From Fimbriimonadales bacterium (GTDB lineage: Bacteria; Armatimonadota; Fimbriimonadia; Fimbriimonadales; JABRVX01): DNA of 33,888 bases. The notes below the pieces were generated by a model, which saw only the letters and a program-made list of their open reading frames with translations, had not been told where the DNA came from and did no database searches. Shown here piece after piece: positions 24,759-33,671 of the stretch (the first letter of the stretch is position 1; the number at the start of each line of letters is the position of its first letter). The stretch spans positions 1 through 33,888 of the forward strand of contig BTVI01000034.1 of assembly GCA_045862955.1 (NCBI GenBank), read 5' to 3'. Made by a program: the position numbers and the translations under genes.

Positions 24759-25982
24759 TTGATCACCTATGAGGAGGCGCTACGCCTACTGGCGGAACAC
24801 ATTCGTCCCCTCGGCACCGAGACGGTGGCCCTAGATCGGCTGTTGGGGCACGTGCTGGCACAAGACGTAACGGCTAAGTGTGACATGCCGCGCTTCGACA
24901 ACTCCGCGGTAGACGGCTACGCGCTGAGTGCGGAGGACTTCGCGACGATGCAGCGAGGAGAGGTGACTCTGGATCTCGCCGGCACAGTGCGCGCGGGAGA
25001 AGCCACTTGCTCGCTTCGCCCAGGTGAGACGGTGCAGGTGTTCACCGGCGCCCCAATCCCCGAAGGCACCGCGGCAGTCGTGATGCAGGAAGACGCCCAG
25101 CAGAGCGAAGGACGCATCCGGCTGACCGGGCACGTACGCGAGGGGCAGCACGTACGGCGACGGGGCGAGGAGTTTCGAGAAGGAGACGTGGTGGTGCCTT
25201 CGGGTCGCCGTGCGACGCCAGCGGTAGTGGGTGCCGTCGCGTCGGCTGGCCGGCACTCAGTGATGGTGAATCGCCGACCCCGCGTCGGAGTGCTGGTCAC
25301 TGGCAACGAACTGGTGCTACCAGGTGAGACGCTGAGGGACGGGGCAATCTACGATTCCAACACGCCGCTCCTTCTCTCGCTGTTACGCTCGGTGGGCATC
25401 CAGGATGCGTTGCCCATGCGCTGCGGAGACGATCGGAACGCCACGCGAGCAGCTCTCGAGAAGCTGCTGGCAGAGTGCGACGCGGTCATCACGTCCGGCG
25501 GTGTATCCGTGGGTGCCTACGACGTGGTGCGATTGGCACTGGCCGCACTAGGTGTGCAAGAAGTGTTCTGGCGTGTCGCCATCAAGCCCGGAAAGCCGGT
25601 GTACTTCGGTGTGGCAACGAGTGATAGTCCGAAGTATGTCTTCGGTCTGCCTGGGAACCCCCTGTCTGTTGCTGCTACCTTTCTAACGCTAGTAGTCCCG
25701 GCGCTGGGAGCCCTCGAAAGTGGTGTCGTTCGCAACCCCTTCACGCTACACGCGCGGCTTGCAGTACCTGTGCAGAAGAAGGCTGGGCGTCTGGAGTTCG
25801 TGCCATGCATGCTCCGTGGCGATCGGTTACTGACCGCGCAACCGATTGCCGAGCGCGGCTCTCACATGCTGGGTGGTTTTGCACGTGCGAATGCGTTGTT
25901 CCTGTTTCCACTCGACTGCGACACGCTGCAGGAGGCCGATGAGGTGGTAGTCTCGATGCTGCCATGGGGGGTGATCGAGTGA
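24759..25982 (+). CDS. moeA: Molybdopterin molybdotransferase
   Basis: PRFDNSAVDGYA, TGAPIPEG..AVVMQE, TGNEL, SGGVSVG and KPGKP...GLPGNP. Confidence 0.96.
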   Translation: MITYEEALRLLAEHIRPLGTETVALDRLLGHVLAQDVTAKCDMPRFDNSAVDGYALSAEDFATMQRGEVTLDLAGTVRAGEATCSLRPGETVQVFTGAPIPEGTAAVVMQEDAQQSEGRIRLTGHVREGQHVRRRGEEFREGDVVVPSGRRATPAVVGAVASAGRHSVMVNRRPRVGVLVTGNELVLPGETLRDGAIYDSNTPLLLSLLRSVGIQDALPMRCGDDRNATRAALEKLLAECDAVITSGGVSVGAYDVVRLALAALGVQEVFWRVAIKPGKPVYFGVATSDSPKYVFGLPGNPLSVAATFLTLVVPALGALESGVVRNPFTLHARLAVPVQKKAGRLEFVPCMLRGDRLLTAQPIAERGSHMLGGFARANALFLFPLDCDTLQEADEVVVSMLPWGVIE

Positions 25983-26224
25983 CCAAGCGCGTACGCGTGC
26001 GCTACTTCGCGCTGCTGCGGGAGGAGCGCGGTAGAGACGTGGACGAACTGGATACCAGTGCGCACACTGCTAGACAGCTGTACGAAGCGCTGCAGGCGAA
26101 GTTCGGTTTCAGCCTGCCGATGCGCCTGGTCGGAGTCGCAGTGAACGGCAGTCTGGTTACGATGGAGAGGGCGATCAGAGACGGTGACGAGGTGGTGTTC
26201 CTGCCACCGGTGGCGGGTGGATAG
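25979..26224 (+). CDS. moaD: Molybdopterin synthase sulfur carrier
   Basis: VRVRYFALLRE, VAVNG and DGDEVVFLPPVAGG (C-terminal GG). GTGA overlap with moeA. Confidence 0.93.
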   Translation: MTKRVRVRYFALLREERGRDVDELDTSAHTARQLYEALQAKFGFSLPMRLVGVAVNGSLVTMERAIRDGDEVVFLPPVAGG

Positions 26225-26225
26225 C

Positions 26226-27896
26226 ATGTTTCGTATCACTAGCGACGTCATCGCAGAGGATGCGCCGCGGGACCCGGCAGCCGGCGCCTACGTCGTGTTC
26301 GAAGGACGCGTACGAGACACGAACGAAGGTCGCCGCGTGCTCGCCGTCGAGTATGAGGCGCACGAGGAGCTCGCTGTCACCGAGGGCGAGTCGGTGCTTT
26401 CGGAGGCCCGCGAGCGCTACGGACTGCAAGACGCGAGGTGCGTGCACCGCGTTGGCCGGTTGAACGTGGGAGATACCGCCGTGTGGGTGTGTGCGGTGTC
26501 GGGCCATCGCTCGCAGGCATTCGCCGCTTGTCGCTACATCATAGACGAAGTGAAGCGCCGAGTGCCTATCTGGAAAAAAGAACACTACGCAGAGGGCGGG
26601 TCAGAATGGCTCCGCGGAGCGCCGTTAGGCGCCGGGGCCGTGAGCGAAGAAGCATACTACTCCCGGCAGACGCTTCTCCCCCAGCTTGCAGGTGGAGGGC
26701 AACAGCGGCTGCGGGATGCGCGCGTGCTAGTTGTTGGTGCCGGTGGATTGGGGTGCGCTGCCTTGCCCTACCTGGTAGCTGCCGGCGTGGGACAGGTGTC
26801 GGTATGCGATTCCGACCCCGTGGACGTGAGCAACCTGCACCGACAGGTGCTCTTCTCGGCAAACGACATCGGACGGCGGAAGGCGGAAGTGGCAGCCGAG
26901 AGACTGCGTTCGCTCAACCCCTTCGTTTCGGTCGCCGCGTACCCGTACAGACTTGCTGCGGAGAACGTCGAGGCGCTTGTTAGTGATCATGACGTCGTGC
27001 TGGACTGCACCGACAACTTCGAGACCAAGTTCCTCCTGAACGACGCATGCGTCGCACTCGGCACGCCGCTGGTCCAGGCCAGCATCTACCAGATGGAAGG
27101 GCAGATTCAGCTCATTGCCCCTGGTAGCGGCTGTCTGCGTTGTCAGTGGCCCGAGACGCCTCCCTCGGGCTGTGTGGGATCATGTGCTGAGGTAGGCGTC
27201 CTGGGGGTGCTCCCAGGACTCTTCGGAGTGCTGCAAGCTACCGAGACGATCAAGCTGATTACCGGCATCGGCGAGTGCCTGACGCGTACTCTGCTACTAG
27301 TGGACCTGCGGACATATCAGGTGACACGATTGGAGCGTCCACCTAATCCATCCTGCCCAGCGTGTGGCCCTCGCTCCAGCGCAGCACGATACCCTGCATC
27401 ACGAGCCGCCGAATCCTCGCGAGGTGCAGTGGGCATCTCCTTGGCCACTCCCTCCCCTTGGAGCGAAGCGGAAGGGGGAGGGCTGGGGAGGGGGTCGGAC
27501 TCCCCGGAACCCACACCACACACGCCCCAACACACCTCACTACTCACACCACCCTCCCATTCCTCACCGTCCGCAGTGGTGAGAGACGAGCGGGCTGAAG
27601 AGCCGTCGCCTACTTGGATGGTTCGCGCGGACTGCCCCGAACTCGGCTCGATGGTCGTGATTGACCTGCGAGAGCTCGATGAAGAACGGGAGCCGGTCCC
27701 GCTCGTGGACGCACATGCTCTGCACATCCCCATGAGCCGCTTTTCGCGCGAACTTCCTGGGCTCGATCCTGCGAAGCACTACGTGCTTGTGTGTGCTCAC
27801 GGCAACCGCGCCTCGCGCCTGGCCCGCCACCTCCACTCCCAGGGCCTCACCAACTTCTTGGCTTTGGACCCGAGGGCATATTCGCGAAGCGGCTGA
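26226..27896 (+). CDS. MoaE-MoeB-rhodanese fusion (molybdopterin synthase catalytic subunit + adenylyltransferase + sulfurtransferase)
   Basis: MoaE: GAYVVFEGRVR, HRVGRL, HRSQAF, KRRVPIWKKE. MoeB: YSRQ, VGAGGLG, SNLHRQ, DCTDNF, CLRC, CPAC. Rhodanese: IDLRE..E, CAHGNRA. Confidence 0.9.
   Translation: MFRITSDVIAEDAPRDPAAGAYVVFEGRVRDTNEGRRVLAVEYEAHEELAVTEGESVLSEARERYGLQDARCVHRVGRLNVGDTAVWVCAVSGHRSQAFAACRYIIDEVKRRVPIWKKEHYAEGGSEWLRGAPLGAGAVSEEAYYSRQTLLPQLAGGGQQRLRDARVLVVGAGGLGCAALPYLVAAGVGQVSVCDSDPVDVSNLHRQVLFSANDIGRRKAEVAAERLRSLNPFVSVAAYPYRLAAENVEALVSDHDVVLDCTDNFETKFLLNDACVALGTPLVQASIYQMEGQIQLIAPGSGCLRCQWPETPPSGCVGSCAEVGVLGVLPGLFGVLQATETIKLITGIGECLTRTLLLVDLRTYQVTRLERPPNPSCPACGPRSSAARYPASRAAESSRGAVGISLATPSPWSEAEGGGLGRGSDSPEPTPHTPQHTSLLTPPSHSSPSAVVRDERAEEPSPTWMVRADCPELGSMVVIDLRELDEEREPVPLVDAHALHIPMSRFSRELPGLDPAKHYVLVCAHGNRASRLARHLHSQGLTNFLALDPRAYSRSG
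27448..27496. repeat. REP-like palindromic element inserted in frame in the MoeB-rhodanese linker
   Basis: CCCTCCCCTT-(loop GGAGCGAAGCGG)-AAGGGGGAGGG followed by CTGGGGAGGGGG. Translates as PSPWSEAEGGGLGRG. Confidence 0.6.
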
Positions 27897-27972
27897 TTGT
27901 GGTATGGTGGGCTTGAGAGGTCATGACTGCAACTGCCCCGAAGTTGGCAATTGCGTTCCCAGGAGCTCTGGC

Positions 27973-28473
27973 TTGTCCAGCAGACGGCACCTAAGGAGCG
28001 AGACAGACTCGATTGGGCAGGAGGCGGTTGCAGCAGTCACCGCGTGGCATGAGCGCCAGTGTCCACCGTGGGAGGTGACGGACGTACAGCGGCACGCGGC
28101 GTACAAGAAGATCGACGTGGATCTGCCCGTCAAGGCTCAAGGCAATGAGTATTCGATCGAGGTGAAGGGTGATCGGTGGGATAGCACGGGCAACCTGTTT
28201 CACGAGACCGTCAGCAATGCTGAGCTCAGGGCCCCAGGTTGTTTCTCATAAACGAAGGCCGACTTCGTCTATTACTACTTCTTTCGGACCCGTCATCTGT
28301 ATATACTACCTATGCCCGAAACGCGCGTCTGGTTCAGGCGGCACGAAGAGGAGTTCGAAGAGCGACGAACCCAGACTAGCCTCGGATCGTCAGCCTTCAG
28401 CACCATCGGCAGGCTGGTGCCGATCTGGCGTGTCATGGCCGAGGCCCACGGAGTCAGAAGGGAGGCTCTCTAG
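27973..28473 (+). pseudogene. PD-(D/E)xK nuclease-like gene interrupted by an in-frame TAA at 28249-28251
   Basis: TTG start after AGGAG. Sequence reads IDVDL...IEVKGD...TGNLFHET.SN...PGCFS*. The same frame continues TKADFVYYYF...LYILPM...GRLVPI to TAG 28471-28473, 3 nt before the next ATG. Confidence 0.7.
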
Positions 28474-28476
28474 TCT

Positions 28477-29832
28477 ATGAGGAGCCCAAGAGACCTCATC
28501 ATTCACATCGCCTCGCAGCTGGCCTCCAAGCGCCCAGAAGATCCTCAAGGTATCGCCGATGTAGAAGCGGCGCGAGTGGTACTCGCTAGCGTCAACCGGT
28601 ACTTCTACCAGACGAGCTCCGGTCTCGGCGCGACTGACGTCTTGGATGGAGAGCGGATCCAGTACTTCTCGGAATTTCACAGGTGGTGGGAGGCGAATCA
28701 TGCCGCTGTTCTCGCTATTCGGATCGATCGCGCGCAGGCGGCCGCAGCAGCGGACGCGTTGCACAAGGCCGTTGTGGAACACGGTGCCGAGATACTGGGC
28801 CTCACCCATCAACCACACGGATTGCCCCCGGAGGCTGTAGCTCAAGTCAGGTTCTTCACGGCGAACCAGGACTGGCGGGAGTCACCATCGGATCCCTACG
28901 GCAAGTACGTCGAGGACCCGAACTGGTTCTTGGCGGAGTCGATCAGGGAGGATCCGGTAGGATTCGTATCTCATCTCGGGCTCACCCGTCTGTCGCAAAC
29001 AGACAAGCGCGTCGACTATGCGAGGAACGCCGCGGAGTATCTCCTAGCCAACCGCGTCACTGCCTACAACCTACCTAGCCTGTTCGGTGATGATGCAGTG
29101 GAACTCCGCAACGGGCTCGCCGAAGCCAGGGGAACGGGCTATGGCATGAAGAAGGCCAATATGCTCGTGCGCGACCTCGTGGAGATGGATGTCTGGCCGC
29201 ATCTGCGCAACTTCGAAGGCATCGACGTTGCGAGCGATGTCAACACGGTGAAAGTCGCGCTGAGAACTCGCGTCCTTCAGCCGGGGATTCAGCTGCTATC
29301 GAGCTTTCTGGATATCTTCTGCTACCAGTATGGTCACGTGGACAGAATGAGCGCTCAGGCATGGCGGGCCGTCTGGGAAGCCTGGCAAGACTCCCACCCC
29401 GAGACCTGCCCGCGATCTCCGTGCAAGTTGGACTTCTTGCTCTACAGGATCGGCCAGGAATATTGTAGGGACATGCTTTGCCGCTACGAATGCGAGGCGG
29501 GATGCACCTTCTGCCACTTCGGCGGAGCCCTCAAGCACTGCCGTTCATGCGCACGAGGTGGTCGGCGTAGCAGAGTGCAAGTGACGGCTCGCTTACTCCC
29601 CTGCCAAGTGGATCCTTCCGAGCTTCCGAGGGAGTCGGGCATTCTGCTCCTTCAAGAAGGCAACCTCCTGCGGCGGTTCAATGGGGTATGCCCGTTCGAG
29701 CCCATCTGTGAGCCAAAGGCCCACGGCTTTGTCGCGCTCGACCCGCCCAAATCAATCTCGATCAAGGGACAGACGGGCTGGACGAGTTCCTATGCAGACG
29801 TCGAACGTGGCGGCGGCGGTATGATGGGTTAA
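28477..29832 (+). CDS. Uncharacterised HhH-GPD/EndoIII-fold protein with Cys-rich C-terminus
   Basis: HhH-like GTGYGMKKANMLVRDL, downstream DVASDVNTVKVALR, LDFLLYRIGQEYC, CxxC pairs and CPFEPIC. Confidence 0.62.
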   Translation: MRSPRDLIIHIASQLASKRPEDPQGIADVEAARVVLASVNRYFYQTSSGLGATDVLDGERIQYFSEFHRWWEANHAAVLAIRIDRAQAAAAADALHKAVVEHGAEILGLTHQPHGLPPEAVAQVRFFTANQDWRESPSDPYGKYVEDPNWFLAESIREDPVGFVSHLGLTRLSQTDKRVDYARNAAEYLLANRVTAYNLPSLFGDDAVELRNGLAEARGTGYGMKKANMLVRDLVEMDVWPHLRNFEGIDVASDVNTVKVALRTRVLQPGIQLLSSFLDIFCYQYGHVDRMSAQAWRAVWEAWQDSHPETCPRSPCKLDFLLYRIGQEYCRDMLCRYECEAGCTFCHFGGALKHCRSCARGGRRSRVQVTARLLPCQVDPSELPRESGILLLQEGNLLRRFNGVCPFEPICEPKAHGFVALDPPKSISIKGQTGWTSSYADVERGGGGMMG

Positions 29833-29842
29833 TCGAAAGCGA

Positions 29843-30748
29843 GTGGAAGACACGGTGAACCTAGGCGACCCCTCGACCCATGTGCCATGCTCCCCTGGGC
29901 AGATCGATCCGGCGGGACCGTCGGCTCCTGCTCGTGCACCGACGACGGTCCAACTTCCATCACCCGGCACCACGCCCTACTGGGAAGCCAAGACAGTCCG
30001 GCTGTTTCTCGGGGACAGCCTCAGTCTGCTGAGTGGCTTCCCGCCAGAGACATTCGATCTTATCTTCGCAGATCCTCCGTACTTCCTTTCTTCTGGTGGC
30101 ACTACTTGCCACGCCGGTCGTATGGTCAGCGTTGACAAGGGCGCATGGGACAAACCGCCCCCGCCGGAGCAGATTCACGAGTTTAACGTTGAGTGGCTGA
30201 GGCTGTGCAAGCGCGTGCTCAAGCCGGACGGCACCATCTGGGTGTCAGGCACCCTTCACAATATCTACAGCGTCGGGTATGCGATGCAGACTTTGGGACT
30301 AAGGATCCTCAATGACATCGCGTGGTTCAAGGTCAATCCGCCACCCAACCTCGGATGCCGCTGCTTCGCCCATGCAACGGAGACGATTCTGTGGGCTTCC
30401 AAGGGCAAGAGGGCGAAACACACGTTCAACTATGAAGAGATGAAGAGAGCCAACGGCAATAGGCAGATGCAGTCGCTGTGGCACATTCCCCCACCCGGTC
30501 CCGGGGAGAAGCGATACGGCAAGCATCCCACGCAGAAGCCTGAGGCGCTACTTAGCCGCATAATCGCTGCATCAAGCTTGCCCGGGGGCTTCGTGTTGGA
30601 CCCGTTCTGCGGAAGTGGAACTACCGGCGTCGCCTGTGTAAGACTTGGGAGAGTGTTTGTGGGGATCGAACTCGAGCGAGACTACATTGACGTCGCCAAA
30701 CAGCGCATCAGTGACGAAGTGGCGCAGTGCGTATTGTCCTTCGACTAG
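29843..30748 (+). CDS. Beta-class N6-adenine/N4-cytosine DNA methyltransferase, DpnA (M2.DpnII)-like
   Basis: DLIFADPPYFLSSGG...VSVDKGAWD, KHPTQKPE and VLDPFCGSGTTG, with motif IV before motif I. Confidence 0.9.
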   Translation: MEDTVNLGDPSTHVPCSPGQIDPAGPSAPARAPTTVQLPSPGTTPYWEAKTVRLFLGDSLSLLSGFPPETFDLIFADPPYFLSSGGTTCHAGRMVSVDKGAWDKPPPPEQIHEFNVEWLRLCKRVLKPDGTIWVSGTLHNIYSVGYAMQTLGLRILNDIAWFKVNPPPNLGCRCFAHATETILWASKGKRAKHTFNYEEMKRANGNRQMQSLWHIPPPGPGEKRYGKHPTQKPEALLSRIIAASSLPGGFVLDPFCGSGTTGVACVRLGRVFVGIELERDYIDVAKQRISDEVAQCVLSFD

Positions 30749-30757
30749 TATCGCGCC

Positions 30758-31906
30758 CTAGCCTCTTCCGTCCAGCAGCAGATCCACCAGATCCGGGATG
30801 CCTTCGCCAGTGGACGCGACGGTCTTCACCACTTTCGCATCCCGCGATATCTCCTGCCGAATCTGAGCTACCAGCACATCTGCCCCTGGCAGATCCGACT
30901 TGTTCACCACGAAGATGTTAGCAATCTCGGTGATGCCGGCCTTCTGAAGCTGAAGGTCATCGCCCGCGCCGGGCATCATCACTAGCACCACGGTGGCCGA
31001 CACCTTCCGAACTTCCACGTCGTTCTGCCCGGCACCCACCGTCTCCACGAACAGCGCATCCATGCCGCAAAGGTCCATCGCGCGCAGCATCGCGCCGGTG
31101 GTAGGTGCTAATCCACCCATCGCACCACGGCTCGCGGAGGATCGCACGAACACATTGGGATCATCGGCAATCCCGGCCATGCGCGCACGATCGCCTAACA
31201 CCGCACCTCCAGTTAGCGGGCTTGCCGGGTCTACCGCCACCACTCCGATTCGCAACCCTCGTCGCCGAATCTCTCGCAGCACTTGTCCTATCAGTGTGCT
31301 CTTGCCAACCCCCGGCGCACCAGTTACACCAATGCATGCCGCGCGGGTCGGTCCAGAGCCTAGGATCCGCTCCACTTCCTCTGGGGACGCGTCCGACTCG
31401 ATCCAGGACAGCAACCTACCCAGGGCCGAGAGGTTGCCGTGCTTCGTCTGTTCCACCCACTCTTCGGGACTGCCACTCTCGGGCAGCCGAGCGGGCCGGC
31501 CGTTGCGTACGCCGAGGGCCTTCACCTGCTCGATGATCGAGTCCAGTGACACTTCCGGCCCGAAGATTGCAGCTACGCCGCAGTCCAGTAAGGGCTGCAC
31601 GTCGTGCGGCGGGATGATGCCACCTACCACCACGGGAACATGTCCCCTATCACGTGCCCGCATCTCTTCGAACACCATCGGGACCAGGGTGTTATGCGCG
31701 GCGCTGTGCAAGCTGAGGCCCAGAACGTCGGCATCTTCTTCCATCGCGGCCTTCGCAGCTGCAGCCGGGGTCTGCCAGAGGCCGGTATACACGACCTCGA
31801 TTCCCGCCTCGCGAAGAGCACGGTTGAGTACCTTTACGCCGCGGTCATGCCCGTCGAGTCCGACCTTCGCTAATACCATCCGAATCGGCTTCGTCGCGAC
31901 TACCAT
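30758..31906 (-). CDS. Fusion of a cobalamin-binding mutase small subunit and a MeaB/ArgK GTPase chaperone
   Basis: AKVGLDGHDRG, GLSLHSAAH and VGGIIP, then GAPGVGKST, AVDPASPLTGGAVLGDRARM, VETVGAGQ and NKSD. Confidence 0.92.
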   Translation of the reverse strand: MVVATKPIRMVLAKVGLDGHDRGVKVLNRALREAGIEVVYTGLWQTPAAAAKAAMEEDADVLGLSLHSAAHNTLVPMVFEEMRARDRGHVPVVVGGIIPPHDVQPLLDCGVAAIFGPEVSLDSIIEQVKALGVRNGRPARLPESGSPEEWVEQTKHGNLSALGRLLSWIESDASPEEVERILGSGPTRAACIGVTGAPGVGKSTLIGQVLREIRRRGLRIGVVAVDPASPLTGGAVLGDRARMAGIADDPNVFVRSSASRGAMGGLAPTTGAMLRAMDLCGMDALFVETVGAGQNDVEVRKVSATVVLVMMPGAGDDLQLQKAGITEIANIFVVNKSDLPGADVLVAQIRQEISRDAKVVKTVASTGEGIPDLVDLLLDGRG

Positions 31907-33504
31907 AGTGGGCCTCCGTCGTAGCGGCCGAACACGTCTTCCATCGCACGCGCCATCTCCCCCACCGTCGGGTATGCCTTGCAGCCTTCGATAAGCGCAG
32001 GCATCACGTTCTCCCCGGCGCGAGCGGCTTCGCGTATACGCTGCAGAGCCGCTTCCACGGCAGATGGATCGCGCTCGGCCTTGACCTTTCGTAGTCGCTC
32101 TACCTGCTCGTCTTCCGCCGCCTGCTCTATCTTGAGTATCTCGATAGGTGGTCCCGGGTCCTCTTCGAACGCGTTCACACCTACCACGATTCGATCGTGA
32201 GCGTTCACGCGCTGGCTGTCCCGATAAGCCGCGTCGGCAATCTCCCGCCGCACGTACCCGGACTCGATGGCGCGCAGAATGCCACCCATCTCGTCAATCC
32301 TGCGTATGTACTCCCACGCCTCTTCTTCGATGTCCTTGGTCAACCTCTCGACGAAATAGCTACCACCGAGCGGGTCGACGGTGTTGGTCACCCCGGTCTC
32401 GTACGCTAACACCTGCTGTGTTCGTAGGGCCAGCGTTACCGCGTTCTCGGTGGGCAGGCCGAGCGTCTCGTCCATGCTGTTCGTGTGTAGGGACTGACAC
32501 CCACCCAGCACCGCTGCCATCGCCTGATAGGCCGTGCGCATCAGATTCACGTAGGGCTGCTTGTTGTACAGACTGCAACCAGCGGTCTGCGCGTGGAAGC
32601 GAAGCCACATACTACGCGGATTGGTCGACCCGAACCGATCCCTAACGAGATGTGCCCACAGCCTTCGCGCGGCCCGGTACTTGGCAATCTCTTCGAAGAA
32701 GTCGTTGTGCGCGTTGAAGAAGAAGCTGAGGCGCGGAAGGAACTTGTCCTTGTCCAGTCCCCGCTTGATGCTCTCCTCGGCATAGGTGATACCATCGTAG
32801 ATGGTGAATGCCAGCTCCTGCGCCGCTGTCGAGCCCGCCTCTCGAATGTGGTAGCCACTGATACTGACAGGGTTGTATTGCGGCATCTCGTGCGCGCAGA
32901 ACTCGATGGTGTCGATCACCAACCTCAGCGAAGGCGCCGGGGGGTAGATGAACTCGTTCTGTGCGTGAAACTCCTTCAGGATGTCGTTCTGGCAGGTGCC
33001 GCGCAGGTTGTCCCTCGAAACGCCCTGCTTGTCTGCGGTGGCGATGTAGAAGGCTAGCACGATGGCTGCCGGAGCGTTGATTGTCATCGAAACGCTGGCC
33101 TTGCCGAGGTCTATGCCGTCGAAAAGGATTTCGAAGTCGGCCAGAGTGTCCACGGCCACGCCGCAGCGCCCCACCTCACCGCGCGAGAGCGGATCGTCAC
33201 TGTCCCTCCCCATCAGCGTGGGCAAGTCGAACGCCGTCGAGAGCCCGGTCTGCCCTTGCCGGATGAGAAACTTGAACCGCTCGTTCGTTTGGTGTGGTGT
33301 GCCGAAGCCCGCGAACTGCCGCATCGTCCACAGCTTCCCGCGGTACATGTCGGCGTGAACTCCGCGCGTGAACGGGAAGCACCCCGGCTCGCCGATGTCG
33401 CGGTCGTGGTCTATGTCGGCAATATCTTTCGGGCCGTACACTCGCTGCACGGGTCGCCCCGAGATCGTCAGGAACTTGCTGGTATCGGAAACTTCGGTCG
33501 CCAT
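31900..33504 (-). CDS. Acyl-CoA mutase large (substrate-binding) subunit, isobutyryl-CoA mutase-like
   Basis: PFTRGVH..MY, WTMRQFAGF, AFDLPT, QNDILKEFHAQ, ISISGYH-like VSISGYHIREAG, HAQTAG and SLHTNSMDE. ATG 33504 with RBS GAGGGG. Confidence 0.93.
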   Translation of the reverse strand: MATEVSDTSKFLTISGRPVQRVYGPKDIADIDHDRDIGEPGCFPFTRGVHADMYRGKLWTMRQFAGFGTPHQTNERFKFLIRQGQTGLSTAFDLPTLMGRDSDDPLSRGEVGRCGVAVDTLADFEILFDGIDLGKASVSMTINAPAAIVLAFYIATADKQGVSRDNLRGTCQNDILKEFHAQNEFIYPPAPSLRLVIDTIEFCAHEMPQYNPVSISGYHIREAGSTAAQELAFTIYDGITYAEESIKRGLDKDKFLPRLSFFFNAHNDFFEEIAKYRAARRLWAHLVRDRFGSTNPRSMWLRFHAQTAGCSLYNKQPYVNLMRTAYQAMAAVLGGCQSLHTNSMDETLGLPTENAVTLALRTQQVLAYETGVTNTVDPLGGSYFVERLTKDIEEEAWEYIRRIDEMGGILRAIESGYVRREIADAAYRDSQRVNAHDRIVVGVNAFEEDPGPPIEILKIEQAAEDEQVERLRKVKAERDPSAVEAALQRIREAARAGENVMPALIEGCKAYPTVGEMARAMEDVFGRYDGGPLW

Positions 33505-33671
33505 TGCACCCCTCGTAAGCACCGTTGCATCTTTGCAGTGTCTCTTGGGTCGCCCGGCAGTGGTGTGCTGCGCGCGCTCCCAGCCTATTATGCTGCATCG
33601 GGGAGCACGGAGTGCCCGCACCACGCGGTTGAAGACCGTTCGGGGAGCTCGATAGCCGGCGCTCTCGCCAT

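Noticed and set aside
28249..28251. Programmed stop-codon recoding in the nuclease-like gene
   Set aside because: The stop is TAA, not TGA or TAG, and no SECIS-like context is evident. A nonsense mutation or sequencing error is simpler.
30993..31994. 333-aa plus-strand ORF and similar long antisense ORFs (e.g. 12997..14049, 16275..17105, 18336..19037)
   Set aside because: These are shadow or alternative frames of well-supported genes, as expected in high-GC DNA.
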